Shown here piece after piece: positions 1-14,500 of a stretch of DNA of 64,000 bases. Source of the DNA: Nageia nagi (taxonomy: Eukaryota > Plantae > Pinophyta); contig JBITNC010000001.1 of assembly GCA_050084985.1 (NCBI GenBank), forward strand, positions 117,986,001 to 118,050,000, given 5' to 3'. Positions within the stretch are counted from its first letter, which is position 1. Each line of letters starts with the position of its first letter. Under the pieces are notes generated by a model that was not told the DNA's origin, did no database searches, and saw nothing but the letters and a program-made list of their open reading frames with translations. The translations under genes were made by a program, and so were the position numbers.

Positions 1-3000
1 TTCTATGCTAATATATTTTTTCATTATTGTAGTAGTAGGATTACATAGTTAGGTTGGAGAGGATGTTCACAAGAAGAATGACATTGATAATGTAGTTCTA
101 CAATAGATATGGGGGTATTGTTAGATCTTAATCAATTAAATTATGAATTAAATTTGAAAAAAGAAGATATAATTAACATCAAATTTGGGGTACAACAAGA
201 TCCTAAGGTTTTCAAGATTAGTACATGGTTTAATGACTTTGGAATAAAAAACTAGTATAAGGTTATGCTTATATTTGAAGAATACTTTGCATGGAATTAT
301 GGTGATATGCATAAGGTTTATCTTGATTTTATGATGCATAATTTGGTAGTTAGTGATTAAACTCATTAAGGCTATTAATTACTCACATTGGTTATCCAAC
401 ATAGTCCTATATACAAAGCTAAGTTTAAAGGTTAGATGTTGTAGTGATTTTAGGGACATTAAGAAAGCATATCCTAAGGATAATTTTCATCTTCCTCATG
501 TTGAAATGACTATAAATATTGCATCTAGGTATAAGTTTATCTTATTGATTTATGGATTCTCATGATACAATAAAATGAAAATTAATCTTCATGATATGCA
601 TAAGATAACTTTATATACTCCTTGGGGTACATTTTTCTATAAAGAAATGAATTTTTGTCTCAAAATATAAGGACCAACATATCAAAGAGATATGGTATTT
701 ATGTTGCATAATTTATCCATAAAATAGTTGAAGTGTATTTGTATGATATCTTGGTTAAATATAAAAAGGAGAAGGATCATCTTAAAGACTTGTAAAATGT
801 TTTGAATGAGTATGAAAATATAAGGTCAAATTGAATCCTTAGAAATGTAAATTTTGAATTTCAAGTGAGATGTTGAAGGGCTTTATTATATCCAAAAGAG
901 ATATATAAGTAGAACCTAATAAGTAAAAAGGAAATAAATGAAATGCTTCCTCCAAATACTATAAAGTAACTAAGAAGTTTCCAATGTAAGATGATTCTTG
1001 TAAGAAGATTCATATAGATTAGATGGTAGATAAGATTGTTCCATATAACCACTTACTCAAGAATGATTTCAATTGTTTTTAAGATAATAAGTTCCAAGAA
1101 GATTTTTTTACAATTAAAAATTAATTACTAAGTGCTAATATATATACTCCAGTTGAGAAGCATTTTTAGACTATTTTATATGCTAGTGAGAAACTAAGGC
1201 ATTACATGATAAACATTACTACATTTATGGTATTGGCTCAATATGACCCCCTTAAATATCTCTTATCTAAGCCATATATTAAAGTAAATATTTACAAATA
1301 GGTGATGTTAAGCCACTTAACTTTGTTTATGTCTCCCAAAAATCCTAATTAATGTTGCATTGTGCTCCACGGTAAAAAATAAATCTATGTATATCTCAAA
1401 AATGGTATCATTCCTAAACTATTGAGAAAGATGTCTCAAAAGGAATATATATCCAAAAGTAGTATAGCAAGGTGTGCCTTAGAAATTTTTGTGTAAAATA
1501 TATTTTGATGGTACTTTTTTTACATACTTTATTGAAGAAGCTAAGAGAGAAATGAAAATAGATCATGAGATCCAAATTTGAGGCCACTTCAATGGTAAAT
1601 ATATCTTTCATAAGTTTTTAAGATTGAGATATTATTGTTCTTAAATGTAAACAAATTGTGTTATCTGTATTAGAAAAAGTGAAAGATGTATAAGACATGT
1701 TAAACTCCAAATAGCTCCTTCAAATGAGATCTATACAATTGTTTTTTCTTGGACATTTTCAATCTGGAAAATACTAGACTTAGTAAATGTGGTTAATCAA
1801 AAATCAAGGAAAGGCCACATGTTCATAAGAATACCTTTAGAGTACTTTAAAAAATATCTTGAAGACATACCTTTAAGATTCTAAAATTGTAAAATTCCTC
1901 ACATAAAACATCATAGCTAAAATTATAGTTTCATCTAAAATATTCATGGATATGGAAAATAATGTTGAGATAAATTAATAAGGAATTTATATGCAACCTT
2001 TTGCAAACAATAATTTTTCCACATACTATCCCTAAAGGAATGGTCAAGTTGAGGAAATAAATAAAGCAATGACTAACATTGTGTACAAAATAGTTTATAA
2101 GTATCAAAGAGATTGTAATGAGTAGTTGGTATATGCATTATGGGATTATATGATATGCATAAAGTAAGCAATATATTTTACTCCAAACGTTTTGGTATAT
2201 GGAGATGAGAAAATCCTACGCTTTGAACTAAAACTTTACTATTTGAGACTATCTTTGGAGCACATCATTAATTAATAGAATAAGAGGAAATCAAGATTAT
2301 TTTTGGATGAAGAGGTGGTCCATGCCATGGAACATTTAAAGATATATTATAATAGAATAGAGAGAGCTTACACAAAGAAGATAAGGAAAAAAAGTTTAAG
2401 GTTGGAGACTAGGTTCTTAAGGAGAATCATCAAGAGACAATTATTGATAGAGAAGATAAAGGTATATTTTAGTTTAATTGGATTGGGCCATATGTCATTG
2501 TGCTTAAGTATCCAAATGGAGCCTATGAATTGCAAATAATAAGGAAAAGAAAATAAATTTTCTACTAATGCCATGCATCTAAAAGAAGGACAATCATATT
2601 AATTACATATTTCCATTTTTTATCCCATATTAGTTCAATCACTTTTAGTTGAGTCCAAGAGATAACTCTTAAAATGCTTTGTTATCTATCCACCTATCAT
2701 CCACATTGGGAATTATGTATGTTCATGCATTAATCTAAATCATTTGCAGGTCCTCTAAATCAATAGAAAACATATGTGAGCATATGATGAGTTTAATTTC
2801 AAATCAAATAGGGTCTTTTAGTGTCATTTTCCCAAAATAATCAATTAGAAAAATCAAAAGTAAATGTTTAACAACAAAATTTTGTTAGTAAATAATTTTA
2901 TCAATAAATATCAAGGTTAGAGGCTCTCAAATAAAATTGTTGACATTATTGGTAGAATGAATGCTAAGCTACTTGATCATGCAATCATCCATTTATTCAT

Positions 3001-4200
3001 ATTTCCTCCAACATATACCTCCAAGTAATTTTTTATATCTCATACGTTTCATTTTATATTCATTAATATGCTATTGAATGATACCTAAGGTGAAGAATAC
3101 TCACAATGAGGAAACTCATTATGATATCTATTATCATTTCTATCCTTTAATTTACTTTCTCTTTGTTGGTTGTATTTTGAACTAACAATCACATAGAGCA
3201 TAGTATATCATGACCATGTTTTTTGGTTTGAATCTAAGAATAGGGCATAGCACCTCATGATCATCATTTCTCATATGTTCTATACTTCATATATTATATT
3301 AGTTTCATCTTTTATCCATAAAAAAGTATATATTTAAGATGATTTTATATATGCTCTTTAGAGATATTATTTTCTATTATATCATAAAATGTTCTTTGCA
3401 TTTGATTGCATTAGATTACCATAACTACTAATACAATCAATGCAAAAAAAGGTAATGATATATCCTCAAACTATTTTTAATTGCAAGGTCCATTATGATA
3501 GTGAATCTTTTTATACTTTCTATTCTTTACTTTATTTGTAAGTATGATTACATTTAATTTATTTAAACTCACAAAGGGGGACATCTATTAACATTTAATT
3601 TAATATCTATAATCATAAATTAATTACATATTACTTAATTAATAATATGTTTCTTTTCATATATTATGGTCATATAGGCTTATTTTGACCTTCTCATGTT
3701 GTTTCTATTATTTTTGTGTTAGGCCCTAATATCAATACTACCTTGTGGGTGTGTATCATGATGGTTCTCCTACATATACAAGGAGGTAAGGTAACATAAG
3801 TAGGATATAAAGATTCATTTATTTATAGACACACTAAATATCAAAACTATTTAGGTACATCTCTCAACATTCCCTATTAAGTTTGGGCTTTGTTATTAAT
3901 CTCTCGCCATATTGTAGACTATTCTCATCATATTATTATTACTACTAGGAATTAAGATTACAAACACTAACTCATAGGGAGTATAAAGATGAATCTACCT
4001 ATGGTATTTGTACTACTTTGTAGGCCCATCCTTATACTAATTTTTTCTATTCAAGGTTCAAACCTAATGACAAGTCTGATCCTAGCATATGAATAATTAT
4101 CCAATTATGGTAACATATATTTATCTTGATCCTCATCTCATAAATCATGAATTTGATTCATTATCCTAAATATCATTATCATTTGCTTTATATTTTAGAT
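1..4200 (+). mobile_element. 3' part of a degenerate Tat/Athila-type Ty3/gypsy LTR retrotransposon (element A); right boundary approximate
   Basis: RT, RNase H and integrase remnants on +, then a non-coding 3' region, a PPT-like AAAGGGGGACATC (~3573-3586) and AT-rich LTR-like sequence. The LTR end is not resolved. Confidence 0.7.
150..2590 (+). pseudogene. pol: pol remnant (RT-RH-INT) of element A
   Basis: ORF 353-565 reads WLSNIV..VRCCSDFRDIKKAYPKDNFHLP (cf. Tat RT WLSNIV..CVDFRDLNKACPKDDFPLP). Integrase YYP*GNGQVE near 2025, a frameshifted WIGPY (GPY/F) near 2480, and terminal NAMHLK near 2570. Many stops and frameshifts. Confidence 0.9.
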
Positions 4201-6559
4201 ACATTAATTTATTAGATATTGTATGTATTCAATTATTTTTTAAGGTTCATAAGTTCATTTTAATAGTATTAATTTTGTTTATTTCAATAGATTGATTATA
4301 CATAGTTTTCAAATAGTAAGGTTAATTCTAATCATTTATATAAGTGTTAGAAAGTTTATGATCTCTAGTAATATAATATATGTTGTGGATTTCATTATGA
4401 TGACCTATGTTGATATATAATTGAGCACCCTTTTTGGTTAAAACTACATATAACATAACCCTCACTATAATAGGATGCATATGATATTATATTTCCATAA
4501 TTTGCTATGATCTACTTAAGTTAATTCTTATGTATAATTCTCTTATATTATTGATCGGACCACAAGCATTGTCACTAGCATGCAAAGGTAACTTTAGGTA
4601 TATTCCCAAACCTAGAAATTGATAATTATGTGCAAGGGAAGACTATCAAGATTTAATCTCAAAAGGATTGTGCATATCTCTCACAAACTTGCTAGTTTTC
4701 TTCAATACCAACTATCAAGATGGAAATTTATTACATCCAAGAGGAACCCTTTATGTTTCCATTATATTGTGAGGAGAATGAATGACATTAATGCCAAAGT
4801 AATCAAATTACATCTTTAGGATCCCTAGTGCTAAACTTGTGACCAACACTAGTGCTCGGTTACATGTAATATATCATTCTAAGATCTAAGTCCTAATGTT
4901 CATCTACATCTCCTCAATTATATATTTATTATTTAGGTAAATAACAAGTACATTTGTATAAATCTATTATCTCATAGGTTAGGGCATGTTATCATTTCAA
5001 TTTATCATTAATATTATCAAGATCAACTTAAATTAGTTAATGAGTGATTGTAGAAATTTAAAAACCTTTATCCTTTAAGTAAAGTATATATAATTTCTCC
5101 ATCATTTACTACAATTTATGGATGCATTTTATCACTATCATATTGGTGAAACCAACTTGTTTTTCTTTGTACAAATATTCAAGTTAGGGTTCATAAAAAA
5201 TAGTTTAAAATGTTATGATTATTTTGAAAAATTCCATTAGAAATTTTTTTTATTCCTTACCATACTTTTGAAAAAGAAATGATAAATGTATTTAGTGAGG
5301 AAAAGCATAATATTACATCTCAAGAGGTAGAAATTTAAAAGATTCTCACAAGAGGGAAGTGATCAATATATTTCTAATATGGAAACTTCCATAGTAGCTT
5401 TACCACCTCAAACCATACATCAAAGTAGTAAAAAAATGATGAATCCTAAGATGAAGGGTTTCACACAGAAGGATTCATTCAAAAAGTCATATTTAATTAA
5501 AATATCCCATAGAAATTGTATCTCCTCCTAAAGGAAATTCCATCTTAGTAATAGAAACCCTACTAAAAGAAAGAGATCCATTTCTAACCCATAAAGCCTT
5601 GAAATTTACAATTGATATATCAAAAAAGTGGTTTTTTGAATTTGATTAGGATACTCTAAAATGAATGCTTTTTACCAAAAGCTATTTCTCAGCCTTTTAT
5701 TATGCCTCCAATTACTCATAACCATAACATTAGTGCTGGGACTAGTTCTAATGCTAGCATAATCAAAGAAAATAATACTAAAATAGAAATTTTTATTTAC
5801 TATATTGTACTAGAGACTAACCTAAGTTCTACAAAAGGTTTTAAGTATTCCAATGCTAGTGTAAGGACTCCACTAATCATAGGTGACATGATACAACAAT
5901 AGGAGGATCTTATTCATGCTAAAGAACTTTAAGGGATTGGTATGGATAATAAAGTTGATGTTAATGATCTATCAGATATGAATACTTATGATGACATAAT
6001 CAAAGAGCTCCATACCATTTATTGAGGCCTTAAAACCATATCCTTATTGGATAGATCTAGAGAATCAGATAAAGAGTCAACATTTGGAAATTTGGAATAG
6101 TACTTATTTAGATAGTTTATTTGTTGAAGAAAAAGTAAGATTTTTCAAAGAATTATTGGCTAATTTGGATCAAGCTTAGGATAAAAATTAGGAATATTCA
6201 CAAAAAGAGATAAAGTACCATTAATAGTTGATTTAAAAGATATTAAATCCATTTCCTAGTTGGTCATAACAAGAAAGTGATATAATGGATTTCATAATTC
6301 TCAACCATAATGAATAAGAAATGAAGAAATTATCTTATAAATAATGGAAATGGATGATTTGGAAAAATATTCTATAAGATTAGTAATGACATAAATAATA
6401 ATAAAGGATGCTTTCAAGTACTTCACATTCTTAAAGGATATGTTTAACAATATGAGGTAATCCATGCATTTCAAACTTCTCCTATTCCAAATATGAATGA
6501 GGTACATAAGCAATTTCAAGAGATCTTAATTTTGTATGGCAAAGAATCATAAGAAGAAG

Positions 6560-8720
6560 AATATAGCAATCTATTTTATCAAAAGAATAATAGAAACTAT
6601 TTTGGATACCAAAAAGAGCTTGAAATTCACAAAATATGAAGTCTATGAAGATCCAAGATTTGCATATGCAAATTTTTGAAAATGAAGTTTCAATTATCAT
6701 ATTGAATACAAATTTGCGCAACAAATTATTTCCTCTCATATTGAAAGAGAATGTTTTTAAATGATTAAACAAGCTATCTCATAATAACATTCTAGATTTT
6801 TCCCAACTCAAAAGATATTTAATTGATGCTTTAAAGGTATTTATTCCCTAAGAAACCTTATTTACTAAATTATTGTACTTAAAGAAATGAGAAGGAAAAA
6901 TAATTGAATGCTTTATCAAACACTAGAAGAAGATTGGCAATAAGGTTATCATCGATGAAAAACATAAAGTTGAGGCATTCACTTAATCACTATAATAGAA
7001 ATAAAAAGTATTATGTTTTGATTATTGCAAGCAACCATTGTATAATTTATTTCATTTTTTCATCTAAAAAGATATATTCTTGATAAGTTTTGGGGAATTG
7101 AAAAATAAAAAGAGGAATAGACATGGAGGGTCACTATTAAGAAATGGTAAATACCACATGAATGCATAATAGGGGTTATTTTTAATATCAAGTTGAACTA
7201 TCAGTATATTGATAGGTATTTTATAAGGAGTGGGGGTAAGGGTGTTTAAAATTTATACAAAATATTCTATCGATAAAAAAAAGGTTGGACGAGAGGGGTG
7301 TTGGGGGGAGTGTTATATTAAAAAAAATGAACTCATACATGATGATAAATTAAAATTACAAATGAAATAATTTAATTTGTTTGGGAGCAATGATAATATC
7401 AATAAAAAAAATATCTTATTATAAAAGAATCATCAATCTAAAACATCCATCTTACCAATAGTTGTGAGGGGAGTTGGTAAGAAAGCAGGATGTTAAAACT
7501 CTCAAGTAGAAAAAAGGATCCCCCAAGTTCAAATATCTCCCCCTCACATGCATGGTATATAAAATCCTATCACATTATGGTAGGTGTGGATGAGGCAAGG
7601 ATCATGTCTCCAATGGATTTTGATAGTGTAGATGCCCCTCAATCGTTGGCTTGAAGCCTAAGATAAACAGTGCCTTATATCAAGGGAAAAAAGTTCTTCC
7701 TCATTGGATGGTTTATTCAACAACAAAAAAACATCCATATTACCTACATAAGATTATCAACTACTTTTTACAATATGAAGAGTTTTTGGATGGCTTCTTT
7801 TTTCTTTATAAATATGTCTTATTGTATATATTAAAAAGAAATAAATTCATACTTGATGAGGCCCCTTATTTTATCTTAACTACTTATGTTCATTTTAACC
7901 ATTAACCAACATCAAAGAAACTACTTGGATTTCATCATCAAGACTTTATCCTCACAAATATAGCTATAAATAGGTCTCTTGGAATTTATCACCAAGGACC
8001 CAGGCTATACTCTAATTTCATCATTGATATAGTCTCCTCTTAGGTCATTATTTTGGTTGAATTTAAATAATAAAAGATGAGAGTTTTAATTAACAATATC
8101 TTGGATCACTATAATTCTAAAATATGATATCAAGGGGTATCAAAAAATGATTTAATATTTTTTGGTAAAATAATAAGTTTTTAAAAAGGGTTATTATTTA
8201 TTGTATAGGGATTTACCTTAAGGAGTTTAATAAATTAAAAGAGAAGATGATAGATTTTAAAAATAGAAATTTTTAAATAAGCCCATGAATTCAATTGTTT
8301 TGAAGGATTTGTATTAAGTGATCCCCTCATGGGAATAAAGCTCCACCTAAGGCTAAGAAAGAGGAATATCAACCTAAATCTCTAATAGTAGTTGTCATAG
8401 AGAAAGAAAAAAAGGTTACCTAAGAGCCCAAGAAAGATGAAATGAAGTTCAAACCTATTTATGATGATATTGATGAAGTATTGGAACTCTTAATTAAAAA
8501 TAAGCTTATGACATTACCTCCTCTAGCCACCAAAGATATACGCTTTTTCTTTATTATTATATATGACCTTTTTATAACTATCATGGATAGAAAGGATACT
8601 TCATAGAATATTGCTACATACTAAAGAACAAGATACAAAACTTTGTGGATAGGTATTCCCTCCTCCAAAGAAATCCAAAGTGAAGATGGTGGGCCTCAAT
8701 ATGAGAAAAATAGAAATCTA
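6560..8720 (+). pseudogene. gag: Retrotransposon gag remnant, interrupted by unrelated DNA at ~7150-7950
   Basis: DLHMQIFENEV..KLFPLILKENVFK* (capsid-like) near 6660-6770; KGYFIEYCYILKNKIQNFVD (decayed Tat/Ogre GH...C..LK..IQDLID knuckle) near 8590-8650. Confidence 0.7.
7453..7692 (+). mobile_element. Candidate tRNA-derived SINE, copy 1
   Basis: AGTTGG (A-box-like) near 7472, GTTCAAAT (B-box-like) at 7527, A-rich end. The first ~140 bp align with the reverse complement of 22795-22935. Confidence 0.5.
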
Positions 8721-9399
8721 GGTGCTTAAAAAATTTCTTAGTTTATTAAGTTAAAGCATCCATATACATCTATGAACTTCCTTAAAATCTTTCAAAAGGG
8801 ACATACAAAAGGTATGCTTCCTTGTAGGCATTATGCTTTCTTGTTTTCTTAATCTTTACTTTATTTCATTATTTTTGTACTATATGCATTCATAAAAATT
8901 AAAAACAAAGTTGGTCTTGCATATGCATCCTAGCACCAATTCTAGTCATATAGGCTCCTTGCATTCTTAAAATGATATAAAGCATCAAACATCCAAAAAT
9001 GGCTTCATAAAAGTGGTTCTTGCATTTTAGGATCAACTTTTAATTTTATAAAAAACATGCATCAAATTATGATAGTGGTAAAAAATGTGTCTTAAATTAT
9101 TTGCTCATCTAATCTCATTTTTTCAATAGGTATTAATTATCATATAAGTCCTATCAGTACATGCATTCATAATATGTATCTCCAACACTACCATTGGGAT
9201 GCATTACTCATATTTTTTCTTTGGTCTAAGGTTAATTTATATTAATAGGGGTTTTTTATACAAGGAAAAAAAAAAAATTCTTACAAAAATTGTTATGATA
9301 TATTATTGAAAATGTGACTATCTACATTATCCTACATTTCATTCCCATCCTTAGAAGGAGGATCCATCCATCTATGGTAACCAAATAGAGAGTGTAGAT

Positions 9400-10900
9400 T
9401 AGTAACATAAGTAAAAGTGTCCATATCCATGCCCTATCTTTCCTTATTTGTAGCATTCTCCATCATTTCCATGAAGTCCCACCCAACCTCAATGATGTTT
9501 TCCTACTAATTAGGCATTCTATCTAATAGGATGCCCTTCGGTAGACTCTTGATGGCTATTTTTATTTTATGTAACTTTTGATTTCTTTCCCTCTATTCAT
9601 GATCATAATCATAGACTCATCTAATGGACTAGTGAATTGCATGAGACTCCTAAACATTTGCAGTAATGAAGCCAAGATGTGTGGGGAGAAGATAGCTATT
9701 TTTGTTTGGTCCCCTTTCTTTGTTCCTTTATGTTGGTCCTCAGGGTCAAATAAAATTGTACTCTTCATATGGCTCATCCCATGGAGTTGTTTTTCACCTT
9801 TAGCCTCACCCAAAGAATCCAAAACCTCCACAACATCCCAAATTGATTCCTTATAACTAAAAGAGATGGTAACTATAGAAGAGGATTTAGAGGGAAACAA
9901 AGGAGGTGGATGATAAGGGGAAGGAGGTTCTCAAGATAAGGAAGGATTTTTAGCTCAAGGAGGTGATGGGAGAGGTAGAGGTGAAGGAGAGGGAGGGGAT
10001 GGAGGTGGTGGTGAGGGTATAGGAGGATATGGTGGTGATTGTGGAGGTCATAGAGGTGGAGGTTGATGAGGAGACATGGAGGCCTTTATCATAGTGGTAC
10101 CATAATTTTATCCCTGCTATGGGAAAATCCAACCAAAATATTGATGAGAACATGGTGAATGGGGATTTTCCCTTTGTTTTTATGGATATAAGTGTCTAAA
10201 AAATGCTACAAGAAATAAGGGAGGTTTCCCAAACCAAATACTAATATCTGCTTATGAATTCTACATATCTTTGGAATATCAAATCCCTTCATTCACCATA
10301 CCTATGGTAGCTATAATTAAAACTGATCTAGTTATGAAATTTAACCCATCTACAGTGACCCTTCTTTCATCCTAAGAGTTTGTGACCTATTGAGACCAAT
10401 TTTAGTCATGTCCTTGAAGATAAATCCTTGGATACCCCCATTGAAAAGGATATCCTAGACTATTGGGTCTTCCTTGAACACCTCCCCACTAGTGGGTTTC
10501 AACCTTTTTTAGCCTAGCATTGTTATAGGTATTTTGTAGGTAGGAATCTTCCAAAAGCACAATGTAAGAATGATCATGCAAAACACAAAATTGTATGATT
10601 TATCCCTAAGGTTTTTCCACCCAACAAAGGACATATTGATCATATAATTAAGAGTCTAATAAATAGCCCATAATATCATGAGCCATGCCATGGCTATAGT
10701 CCTTCTAAAAAGTCTCCACATGTCCCTAGTGTAGTGTGTGGGATAGACATTCATTTTGTCTAAACATGTGTGAGTCTTGCTAGCTTCAGCTACAGTGATC
10801 CATAGTCCAATTTATTTCATGATTACCACACTGAACTCAAGCATCATCAGTATGAGGTTCATGTGAGTAACTAATCTCCCCACCCACCCTTCTAAGGGAT
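9400..10900 (-). pseudogene. Antisense accessory ORF remnant, possibly plant mobile domain (PMD) with a Pro-rich tail
   Basis: The minus strand reads MAW..ILWAIY*TLNY..GGKTLGINHTIL, weakly like the PMD YAWG..LA.LY..L...L.G...LLQ.W segment, followed by a Pro/Ser-rich stretch (9900-10080). Confidence 0.4.
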
Positions 10901-11510
10901 GTATTACTCATATTTTTTTATATATGTTTTGCATTATAATTATATTTATATTGCAAAAATAATATTAAAACATTTAAAATATATAAAAAATACAAAAAGA
11001 ATTACATAATAACCATAACACAAATTTTGGAACCATATAAAGCATGTTTTTATTAATATATAAAAAAGTGGTATAAGGGTATAATTAATATGTCTTGGGG
11101 CTCTTACCCTCCCCATGCACACTCTATTCACTATGAGATTTCTTTTCGCTCCTACTAGTCCTAGACCTAGATATATACCTAGAGATACTTACATATCTTA
11201 TACCCATATCATGTTTTGATACACTCATTTGGTTATCTAGGTACATATTTCACACAAGAAGATCCTATTTTACCCATTCATTGTTCTAGATATCCTATAG
11301 CATGCTTAGCATACCACTTCTCTTCTCAACATCTATGGTGGATATCATATCTTGGACCACTTATTATTGCACCTTGAGTTATTATTGTAGGGTATCTATC
11401 TCTTCATTCTTGGATTGAATCATCTCATCTCTAGCCATTAGTGTTTCACATAGCTTAGCCAACTTTGTATCATTAGTAGCATGATTCTCTTACAAAATAT
11501 TGAGTTTTCA

Positions 11511-11536
11511 ATATATATATATATATATATATATAT
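11511..11536. repeat. (AT)n microsatellite
   Basis: Uninterrupted AT dinucleotide run. Confidence 0.95.
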
Positions 11537-14500
11537 GCTTTTTGATGTTATCATTTTGTGGAAAGGAAAAATAAAATTTTACCAAGCTCAATGCTATTAT
11601 CCATGGGAAAAATATAGGGAATGCATACTTGGATCTCCATAGCCTCCACTTCATCCATAAATTCTTTCCTATGTTTCACATCAAGGGAATTTTTATCTTC
11701 ATATTCTTTGTCCCCATCTAGGTCCATAGGATCGTCATCTTCATTGCCATCCTCTTCTTTAACCTCATCCTTCACTACTATCCCTAGTTCCTCATCAACA
11801 TTGCATCAAGCTTAGGTACATATATTTCAAAAAGGTCCCCAAACCAAATTCTACCATACATAAGATGTTGATCTTAACATATTTCATCTCCACACAAATC
11901 TCATCAAGTACCAAGAGATATTGAGATCATGATAAAAAAATATCATTAATGTAATAAATATAAAATCTTTTTAGTTTATTCCATACCATAAATAAATAAA
12001 TATTTCAAACCAATTGTGGATGATTTCATACATTTTCTAGAACTTAGATGAGATCATGGGTGACACTAGATTAGTAACTTTTCATCATGATCATTCAATT
12101 TATAGTTGCAACTAGTCCTAGTAATACATGTTTGAATCTTGAATTCCCATGACTCTACATAATTTGGTCTCAAGTGATGATAGCATCCCCTTAAATTCTA
12201 AAAATCCTAAATTTAATATTTCTAACCAATTAATTTTTTAACTTATCTTCTAAACTAATCTCCACACTAATTTAACCTACTCCATGGTTTCATTTTTTCA
12301 TTTTAGCCCATTATTTAGTTACTTTATTCAAAAATATAAAACAAGAAATTTTTCAAATCCTACCTCTCTCTATAGATACCTTAATCTTCACCATGATTCT
12401 CATTGATATTGTGGTGGCATCCAACTCTATTATATCAAATCTCATCCATTCTCCAAAAATGAGAAACCATAAATTATGGATTATATCCAAAAAAGGAAAC
12501 TCCAAGGTCAATAATGACTACACAATATTCACCTTTTTTGTTTTTAAACTCTCACATGTTCAGGAACATGTGATTTGTTCCCTATCACATGTGATGTTCA
12601 TAAAATGTGTGAGATTATGATAATTATCTATGATTTGTTTCATGCTTCAAGAAATTTTATGTTTAACTTTAAAAACTCATCACATTAATAAAATCAAAAC
12701 TTATAAAATATATAAAACCTTTTACACACACACAAATGATAAAACATCAAGTAATATAATACAATTTATCTTTCTTCCTCTCTCAAGTGACCACTGACCA
12801 TTATTCCAATAGATACTAATATTTTATGTCATTAATCAACTTTATTGTCTCCATCCTTCCTTATTGTCTTAATGTTTGAGAGGTAATACACTTGGTTTTT
12901 CATCATGTCCTATTCAATCAAAAAAACCATAGTCTTGATAAAACATATTTCCAATGGCCTTTGCAAATTATTATCATTAACCATTTTCTACTAAGAAAAA
13001 AGGAGAATAATCTTATCAAAACTTTAACTTGAGAATCTCCAACATTGTACAAATCCTTAGTGGTAGATATAAAGTAAGCTCATACTAACAACATTTACTA
13101 ATTAAACAATCAATATCTACTTAATATCAACTCTATTATACACAAAATATAATCAAATGAAAAAATCAAAAGCTCTACCTTAGTCATGATTAGGGTAACT
13201 ATGATTGTTTGTAACATAAGATAAGCTAATTATTCCTCCTTTAAATTTATGCATGAAAATGGTTACTTCTAACCACTCTCATTATTATCATAAACATTGG
13301 TATCCATTTTTTATTAAGCTATTCCTAATCTTTGTTCATGAATAATCCAAAAATGGGAAAAATGTATGCACCTAAAATGAGCACATGTTAAACTTAGGAA
13401 CTAGTCAGCCACCTTTGGCCTTGATCATGTGTATTCTTACCATAACCCTTGACCATCATGATCATGTTTTCACAAAGTTTTTATCATCAAATTTAGGAAA
13501 ATATGAAGTTTCCATAATTGCCTTCACAACTGTGATAGCCCAAAAAATCCCAAAATCAAGCATGAAGATAGAAACTAAAAACCTACAAACTTTTTGACCA
13601 GATTATAAACTTTCTTAAATTCTTAACATTCTACAGAAAATAGTAATTACTCCTAAGAACCTAATTATTTCTTGGAAGCTTATAAAAAGAGATCTCTATC
13701 CCACATTTGAACCCCTAACTATCAAATGAATAAAACTAACACTAGCTTTTTTAATTCTCTAATTCCTTAGCAACTTAACTCTCTGAACTCCATAATGCTA
13801 GAAGGTTTAATTAATTCCACTATCCATGATTGAATCAAATTTTGGTATAGTTTCTCATCCTTTATTTTTAATTATCTTACATTAATTATTTCATTTTAGA
13901 TTAAATATTACATGGTTGCTTTGATAAATAGTTTTGATATTATGATTAGTTAGTTAGTACAACATTAGTTAAGATGTTATACATCATTTCTTAGAATGTA
14001 TATGAATAAGTATTCTTAATATATTCTTTTTTTAGCATGCATGTAGGCTACTCCATTTGATTTTGTAGGACTTATAGGATTTACAAGAAAAGATTATATT
14101 TCAAAATAACCAAAAGATATCCTAACATCAACATCAATATTTTGAGGTCATCTAGAGATATGGTTATGTTTTGACCATTTAGTTGTTGGATACATTTTGT
14201 ATGCTTGTATGTCATATTTTCCATATAAAACTTCTACAAATATTTGTAAGTTTTATTTCTAAATTGATAAGTTTCAAAATAACTATTTGGTACCATTTGG
14301 ACTTCGATTTCAAATAATAAATTTAAATTGCTAAATTTATCCAATGGTTTTTATAATTTATTTTGATCTCTTCCTTAATTTATGTTTTATTATATAATAC
14401 ATCATTCCTCTTTTTCATCTCTATTTATTTGTATTTCTTTTTAAATTCCTTCACCCTTTTCTTTAAATTATCATTATTATTTCAAGAACCAAATATATAC

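Larger units (their letters stand above)
4381..13900 (+). mobile_element. Degenerate Tat-like element with gag and antisense ORF remnants, no visible pol (element A2); right boundary unresolved
   Basis: Candidate LTR TGTTG(4381)..ATCA(5140) followed by TTGGTGAAACCAAC, a decayed tRNA-Trp PBS. Gag remnants at 6560-8720; minus-strand ORF remnants at 9400-11820. No matching 3' LTR found. Confidence 0.5.

Noticed and set aside
7500-7560. tRNA gene suggested by GTTCAAAT (also 22855-22862 on minus)
   Set aside because: No cloverleaf stems; better explained as a SINE-like repeat.
9562-10153. ORFs 9562-9900, 9578-9856 and 9950-10153 as genes
   Set aside because: Fragments or shadows of a decayed low-complexity TE ORF.
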